Positions 55,981 through 64,000 of a stretch of DNA of 64,000 nt are shown here, piece by piece. Within the stretch, counting starts at the first letter, position 1; the number at the start of each line of letters is the position of its first letter. The notes beneath the pieces were generated by a model. The model was not told the DNA's origin, did not search any database, and was given only the letters and a program-made list of their open reading frames with translations. The stretch comes from the human T2T-CHM13v2.0 reference genome, Homo sapiens. Position numbers and translations under genes: made by a program. The DNA lies in NCBI RefSeq assembly GCF_009914755.1, contig NC_060926.1, one strand, 5' to 3'.

Positions 55981-56415
55981 ACTTAGGCAAGACGCAACTC
56001 TCAATGTGCATCTTGAGCTACATAGATGCTACCAGGGCCCAGAAGCAAGTTAGGAGCTATTTCTTAAAAGGAGAGGAGTTATATGAAGGAGTGGATGATC
56101 TTATTCCAAAATTTTAAGGGATTTCCCATATGTAATCTTCTATCAGGATCTGCTAATGCCCACCGTGGACCTGCTAGACATATGGCTCCTATGTAAGGCA
56201 TCTTGCCCAGTAGGCTAGATCAGCTACAGAGCCTTCTGTAACTATGGCACCCATTCATATCTGGCAACCTGATGGGTAACTCGGGAAACAGGTTGGAACA
56301 GTATGGTCAAATAGAAATTTGACCAGGAATCTATTTCACAATCTATTTCTATACATAGTCCTCAGGTTACACTCAGTGTAAACCAATAAAATTTTGCAAT
56401 TATTTTGTTGCATAT

Positions 56416-56683
56416 TGTATTAGTCCATTCTCACACTGCTATAAAGAACTATATGAGACTGAGTAATTCATAAAGCAAAGAGGCTTAATTGACTCACAGT
56501 TCCACACACTGCACAGGAAGCATGGCTGGGGAAACCTCAGGAAACTTACAATCGTGGTGGCAGGTTGAAGGGGAAGCAAGCACATTTTCACATGGTGGCA
56601 GGAGACAGAAAGAGTGAAGAGGGGAGGGCTACACACTTCAACGACATGAGATTTGGGTGGGGACACAGAGCCAAACCATATCA
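56416..56683 (-). mobile_element. MSTA/THE1D-like LTR with internal deletion
   Basis: tgtattagtccattctcacactgctataaag...gagccaaaccatatca; TSD catat / catag. Confidence 0.9.
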
Positions 56684-57504
56684 CATAGAGAATCTCTTTT
56701 GAGATCACATTTTATACTCCTCCCCTTAAAGTCCACAGTGAATCCATAGCTGTTATTAGACTCTAATTACAGATGTGAAAGTATTAAGAGTTGGTGAGGT
56801 GGGTCTGAGGGAGAATCGTCACCCCTTGCAAGCTAACTACTTCAGATGCAGTTATTATACAGTCTTCAAGTAAGAGGAGGCTCACCTACTCTGCTTGGGG
56901 AGAAAGGGCTACTCTGGCAGGTGGAGCTTGCTGGGACGTGGGATTCAAGGTCCTCAGAATGATAGGAACAGGATCATACTGATCCCATTCTAATCTCAGG
57001 GATGTTCTTTCCTGATTAACACTTTAACTTTACGTAAGATACCAGAAAACACTGCAATTTCAATTTGTATTATAATTTGGCTACTCGCAGGATTCAATTT
57101 TGGCCTGGTTAGTTTCCCTGAGTCCTGGTTGTTCAGCTATGAGAAATAAGGGATTTCCTGAGGACAGCCATTGAACCTCTGTATGCCTGCCTTAAGATAA
57201 GAATTTAAAGTGACAAGCATGTCACTGCCTTTTCCCCAAATCTTCGTTCCAGTGAGAAATAACCATTAAGCCCCACATTAAACCTTGGACTGTTCATTTC
57301 CGTCAGAACATTCCATGTAGCAGCTGCTCAATTTCCCGTATTTGGCCTTCTATAGGCACTTGGTTCCAGGCAACTAACTGCATTTGGGAACTTCAGTGGC
57401 TTTGCCACAACATGTCATGGGTGGTAAACATCCCATTTTCCACTGGCAATAAGGTCTCCACTACGTTCATATTTGGTCAGATCTGAGGAATCCTCTGGTA
57501 AGAA

Positions 57505-57960
57505 AAACTGTATCCTTCAACATTCAGATAGGGAACAGAAGCCACGCTATGCTCTCAAGGTTTAGAGGTTTTAATGTAAGGAAATAGTGGCGTGCACAAA
57601 CAGTTGGAAGAACTATGAGTGAAGGCTGGGGAAGCTGCCACCAGCGATCTCAAGCTGGCACACCCGAGGGCGGTTCTTAAGTGCACCCCAGGAAGCCCCA
57701 TAATTCTCCAGAACTTCTAGCAAGCTCCTGCCATTCTCCGCGTAAGAGCAATGAAGTAGGGGGGTCTCCAGAAGTTGCTGTGAAGCCACTGTGAATCACG
57801 CATCTGCTCACACCTTTGCCACCAGTTGCCTCTAGAAACTCATGGCCCTTCACTCTCTTTTATCTTTGAAATCTCCTCTGAGTGCCTCTGATTGACAGTC
57901 TTACCCAGACCCACATGGAGTGAGGATTCTGGGGAGATGGGGTGCACAGCTTCTTTACTG
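57505..57960 (-). mobile_element. Probable old ERVL LTR, family uncertain
   Basis: acagaagccac...ttttaatgtaaggaa and ggattctggggagatg motifs; abuts the ERVL internal region. Confidence 0.4.
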
Positions 57961-58269
57961 CAGAGTAGAGGGGACCCCAGGGTGCAGCATTGGCAACAGC
58001 TAGACAACTGCAGACTGTCATGTGTGAGAACATCTCTGCTTTTCTATGGGTGGGGAATCTTGCTCCCAATTTGGATAAAGTCATGGGAAAATGGAAATAC
58101 AGTGACTTGGGCAAGGAGCAATTGGCTTGCAACGGAAGAACTGAGGGCTCACACTCAAGTGTGGTGAGCTGCTCTACAGCCACAGATCATTCCGTCCTGA
58201 CGCATGTCTCTTTTCCAGGGTCACTTTGCCACCTTCTCCCTTTTACCCTCTTAGGGCTCTACCTCGAGG

Positions 58270-58553
58270 TCTGCTGGAAGGGAGCCACTCTGGCTCACTG
58301 GAGCCTGGGCGGCTCCATGGAGGAGAAAGGAGGGAACCCAGGCGATGGCCAGTGCCACCTGTTGGACATGTGAATGTGACCATCTTGAACCGTCCAGCCC
58401 AGCTGCCTTTCCAGCTGAACATAGCTCCTGGAGTGTGCCAGGAGAAGCAAGCAGAGAAACTGCCCAGCAAAACCTTGTGGAAGCATGAGGAATGATACAT
58501 CATTCTTTTTTTGAGCCACTATGGTCTGTTGTGCCGCAAGATAACCAATATAC
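58270..58553 (+). mobile_element. MLT1H/I-like LTR fragment
   Basis: gacatgtgaatgtgaccatcttg...ccagctgaa...aactgcccagc...tttgagccacta...gataaccaata. Confidence 0.65.
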
Positions 58554-59049
58554 CACAGTGGGAAAGCTCCAATACAGTGCGAAACTGGAAAGAAGAGAAT
58601 GCAGAGGGTAGCTGTACTGTTTACAACGCTCCCTCTGTTTGCTAGCTTCATTTTGTTTAGTGAGTGTGCAGATTCTGACAAGGATCATTTAGATATGTTT
58701 GACCTCGTCCTTGGAGCCATGAATCGGAGACCTCTTGACGGCAGGCACAGATCCTCTATATGGAAAAAACAAAACAAAACAGAACGAAATAAACAAAAAA
58801 AACAGGACAAGAAAAAATGTTGAAAAACATATTTACCTATATTTCTCATTTCATGAAAAAGGATTCCTGCAGTTTTCTTTAGAGAGCCTTGAAAACAAAT
58901 CATCACCACAAAGACTTGGTTTTATTTCACTTCTAAAATTTAAGGAGATGAAACTTCCCTGAAAAAGCAACCATCTGCAACGTCTAGCATTCATCAGTGT
59001 TCTCCTCTATTAATTATTTAGATATACTGGGCTGGGGAGATTGAAATAT

Positions 59050-59285
59050 AATAATAATACCACCAACAATTCATATTCACTAGGTGTCAGACTGTGTTAG
59101 ATAATTTACATGCTGTGTCTAAATTAATAATTGCAATAATTCAGTGAGTAGGTACTGTCATTATCTCTACTTTACACATGAGGAAACCAAACTCAGAGAA
59201 AGTAGGTAATATACACAAGGTCACATAGCTAGTTTGGGAGGCAGGGACTGACCCATGACTTTCAAATCAATAATGTGATCCCAGG
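59050..59285 (-). mobile_element. MIR
   Basis: tttacacatgaggaaaccaaactcagaga...caaggtcacatagctagt. Confidence 0.75.
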
Positions 59286-59561
59286 TGCTTGCCCCAAGGG
59301 CTTGGATATAGATGCAATTCTGGTCACTGGGTGCTATGCAGCCTGTGTTGCTGTGGACATTTGGGGCTCTGGCCCTCATCACACTTAGATTAAAACAATG
59401 AATAAACAAAAATCAGGATGTAGATTTTCCTTTCTGATCACTCACACCATTTATCAGAGCCCAGTTTCTTTTCACTAGACCCAAAGTCTTCCCTAATATT
59501 TTTTAAACTTGCTTTTTAAAATTTGTGATTATATTTACTGTCCTTTTAAAAATATATGTAA

Positions 59562-59977
<416 letters not shown>

Positions 59978-60369
59978 TAGAAGTATATAGGTATGACATG
60001 TACGTATATCTGTGTATAAATTTATAAGAAATATGTGTGTCTATATGAATAAGAAAGAGACTACAACATAGATACAGTTTTCTATCCTACTTGTTTCCCT
60101 TAACATTACATCATATTAGTTCCCGCATCATGCACTTTTGTTTAGACATGGCTTTAACGGCTGCATGGAACTCCCCAAGGCTTTGTTGCAGTCATTCTAT
60201 GATGTTTTCTCTGAGTTAGGACATAAAAGAGCTAGAGTCTAAGACAATCTTCTTGGAAATCCCATTCATGGTGGATGTCCCCATGTTTTTGACACAGGCA
60301 AGCCTCCATCTTTATACCTGTATTCACTTTGTTCCTTACGCAAAGAAGTGGGGGGTGAACACATTACAG

Positions 60370-60952
60370 ACTTTGAGAAAAAGGACCTGGGCTCATATCC
60401 TGCCCTGCCACAGTGACCTTGATCAAGGAGGAGAGCCTCCTAGAGCCTCTATTTCCTTGTATATCAAATGGGGGTGATTATATCTATCTTCCAAGGATGT
60501 TGTGAGAATCAGGTAATGTTGGTGCAGCATCTGCTACATAGTGGGTGTTCAGTCTCAACATGTATGTTATTTTCTACTTTCCAGGCTTATTTTCCTTGGA
60601 GAAGGGAGACGGAGGCTAATTTTTGAAAGCGAATTATTTGTCTCGTATTGTCCATAAGTATGGCTGTTTAGTATGTCTGGTGGCTAATAGGGCTTTGTGG
60701 CAGGCTCCTTTTAACAGTCGATAACACAGTAATAGCACAACAAAGGGATCAAGGGCTACAGAGCCAGCTACCTGGATTGGCTCTACCCCTTACCAGCTCT
60801 GTAACATAGGTTATTTCTCCATGTCTCAGTTTTCTCATTTGTCAAATGCAAAATCAATGGTACTTTGTCTATAAGATTAAATACATCATTTCATGTGGTG
60901 TGATATGGCAGGACATTGGGCAGCATGAAGTGCTTAATAAATATTAGCTCTT
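60370..60952 (+). mobile_element. Two MIR fragments (~60370-60560 and ~60735-60952)
   Basis: gtgaccttga...gagcctctatttcctt...aaatggggg and tctcagttttctcatttgtcaaatg cores. Confidence 0.65.
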
Positions 60953-61094
60953 ACTATTCAACATCATCTTCCAAATCCGGTAATATACACAAGGTCACAT
61001 AGCTACCATGTGTTGATTTCAGCACAGTGTGCAGAAGTCCTGCATACCATCCCAGGCTAGGCCCGAAAGTGTCCACGAGGTCCTGCTGCTCTCT

Positions 61095-61137
61095 CCCCAT
61101 CTGGTGGCTCATGCAGAGGCTGCAGTGGGGGGCGCTG
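61095..61137. promoter_or_regulatory. Candidate divergent CTCF motif pair
   Basis: Minus GCCACCAGATGGGG and plus GCAGTGGGGGGCGCT versus consensus CCASYAGRKGGCRSY; motif match only. Confidence 0.45.
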
Positions 61138-61493
61138 CAGCCCTCAGGCAGGGGGAAGAGCCTCAAGGTGTAGAACCTGTATCCGCATTCCCCATGTGGA
61201 AGAATGTTGGCCAAACACCCTATTGAACTATCATGGATGCACAACCCAAATCTTATATTTGGGAGTTGTTACAACAACAACTTGCTTTATTAATATAGCA
61301 ATCATTTCCTCATTTGCAGGGGTAAAAACTATGATAATTGCTAAATTTTTCTCAATGTAAAGTATACCGTCCATATTTTTCTCTTAAGCGATTGGCCCCT
61401 ACTGTTGTCTGCTAATGATGCCAGCAAATGACAAAACTATTAAGTCATGAATGAAGATAAATTATAAACTTGAGGAATTAATTATCATTCTTA

Positions 61494-61982
<489 letters not shown>

Positions 61983-62174
61983 TCATAGAAATTAATGACT
62001 CATTCAAAAAGTGATTCGAAAGAGAATTACTGTTAAGTATAAATGTTTTGAGAATAATTTAAATGGTCAGTTTCACACATATTGTGCTTTCCTTTATATC
62101 CCTTGGTGATATGTAATGAAAAATCTATGCCTAAATAAGTCTAAAGTGCTTTTTTTTACAAACTTCGAAGTTAC

Positions 62175-62490
62175 TATTGTTTACTGGAAATATAATGTGA
62201 GCAGACAATTTTAAATCTTCTAGTAAGCATGTTCAAAGATATAAAAAGGAATGTCAAAATTAATCTCAGTAACATGTTTTTATTTGAAGAAATATATTGA
62301 AAATATCAGTTCAACATGTACTCAATATAACAAAGTTATTGAGGTATTTTACATTCACCTTTTCATATTAAGTCTTGGAAGTCCAGCCTGTATTTTCCAC
62401 TTCACACTTCAATTCAGGACTGGCCACATTTCAACTATGCCAAATTCACACGTGGCTCATGGCTACTGTGCTTCACAGTGCACACCTAAG
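62175..62490. mobile_element. MER33-like hAT element
   Basis: ttttaaatcttctagtaagcat...caattcaggactggccacatttcaa...cacgtggctcatggctactgt. Confidence 0.65.
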
Positions 62491-63639
62491 TGGGACAGGA
62501 GACTCATGTTCTAGTTTGATTACGTTTTTATTTGTACTGGGGTGCAAAAGAATGGTGCATTTTATGCTTAGTGATGTCTTAGATTAGATGAAATAGGGTA
62601 GTTTTTACCTTGCATTGAAAAGGGGATTTAAGGTAAGAAATAAATTTAGGGAAAAATATTTGTTTCTCACACATACCTACTATGTAGTTTTTGGAAGAAA
62701 GTTGTGTGAGAATGCAATTTCTTGCACAATATTCCTAAAAATGAGTTCAGTGAGTCACCATCACTGCTAGCTCTCCGTCTACTTGGGCCCACGTGGGTGG
62801 CTGAGGTCCCTGAAATGTCTTCTTCTAGGTTTTCTAGCACCCTCCTGGGCTCTCCCATACCCCCTTTAACCTCTTCATGCCAGCGTTGTTTTAAAAACTA
62901 AAGGGCATATTGCTGTTTCTATCTCCTTTTTTTCCCATCCTTGGGATGGTAAGCCAGCAATAACAAGAAAAGACATATTTTCCAAAGTCATTGATTTTTC
63001 TTTTGCTTTGACTTTTCTGATCAGCTTCTCACGGGGTTCCTCATTCTTAAGTACTGCTTGTTTCTCCAACATGATACAATGAGCTAGGAGAGTGGCTGGG
63101 CATAGAGCTTGTGGAATGTCAATCCTTCCTGGCTGCTTTCTCTATACCACATCAGAGGCACTCTTTATATTGGGCCGTGACAATCACAGAGGCTGCCTTC
63201 TTATAACAAAATAATTGTACTTGACTGACACATACAGTTCAGAAAGACTCCGGGGCTCTGGGGATTTAGAGGACTGGAAAAGCCTCTGGAAAAGCCCAAT
63301 GTTAGTCTCCATAAATTTGAAAGCACAGTTTCTCACAATATTCAAAGTGCAATGATCCTCTGTAGAATTTTTTAGTGTTAGGTCAGCATCCCAGGGCAAG
63401 GCTGCTATTAGAAGACTAACACAATGCTCCTGACCAAACGCTTTGAAGCCAGTCAGAGATTGCATGTCTGGCTCTGTCATTTCCTGGCTGTGTGTCACAG
63501 GCTGACACCTAACTGCTCTGACTTCAACTTTCCTTGGCTAATATAATACCTATTTTAGAAGGTGGTCTTATGAGGATTACATGTACATCGTCTACCACAA
63601 GACCAGCCCAAAGAGTTTTCCACAGATTGTATTCATGAT

Positions 63640-63819
63640 CAGGAGTCAGCAAACTGTTTCTGTAAAAGGCCAGGTAGGCATGGTGGCTGCAAAGTCTCTG
63701 TTGCAACTACTCAACTCTACCCTTGTAGGGTGAAAGCAACCATAGACATGTGAATGAATGAGCATGGCTGTGTTCCAATAAAACTTTATTTACAAAAGTA
63801 GGCTGTGGGCCAGCCCGTG
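63640..63819. mobile_element. MER58A hAT element
   Basis: caggagtcagcaaact...gtctctgttgcaactactcaactct...ggctgtgttccaataaaactttatttacaaaa. Confidence 0.85.
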
Positions 63820-64000
63820 CTCTAGGCAATGAGGGGCTTGCAAAGATCTAGTGCAGGAGGGCGTTCTCCCTGCCACATTTTGTGCACCAGGGTCTCTTGA
63901 ACATAGCACTTCAGCGCATTCAGTGGGGTTGACTGGGTATGCCTTTGGTTGTGAGGTAGTTCTGTTTCTGAGTTGATGATTTTGATACGCAAATGGTATC

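Larger units (their letters stand above)
54100..57480 (-). mobile_element. Degraded ERVL-type internal (pol) region
   Basis: Minus-strand motifs: GIHW.YH.P.H at ~54335-54375, TKADLA...EC..CQQ and YIGPLP at ~54575-54725, PF.K.LL.C.WALV at ~56025-56070. Confidence 0.72.

Overview
Primate, human-like (AluJ/S/Y present), AT-rich, CpG-depleted non-coding DNA, intergenic or deep intronic; I cannot identify the locus. I find no credible protein-coding gene, RNA gene or CRISPR array. The ORF track is explained by Alu, L1, LTR and microsatellite sequence or by chance. The window is dominated by transposable-element fossils: about 14 Alus, L1 fragments of many ages, L2/MIR, MaLR LTRs (THE1/MST/MLT1), ERV1 MER4-group LTRs, two degraded ERVL-type internal regions with recognisable integrase/RNase H motifs, and DNA transposons (MER44, MADE1, MER1B, MER5, MER33, MER58). 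Family names come from my recall of consensus sequences, so subfamily calls are approximate. The most unusual signal is a set of DNA-repair-like scars: five short direct local duplications (27-195 bp, copies 1.4-2.9 kb apart, several interrupting older repeats), two small inverted templated insertions, and an internal L1 RT fragment with no tail or TSD. Also notable are a four-layer nested insertion whose three inner TSDs are readable, a ~235 bp TTC/GAA tract and a divergent CTCF-like motif pair. None of this amounts to a demonstrated new biological system.
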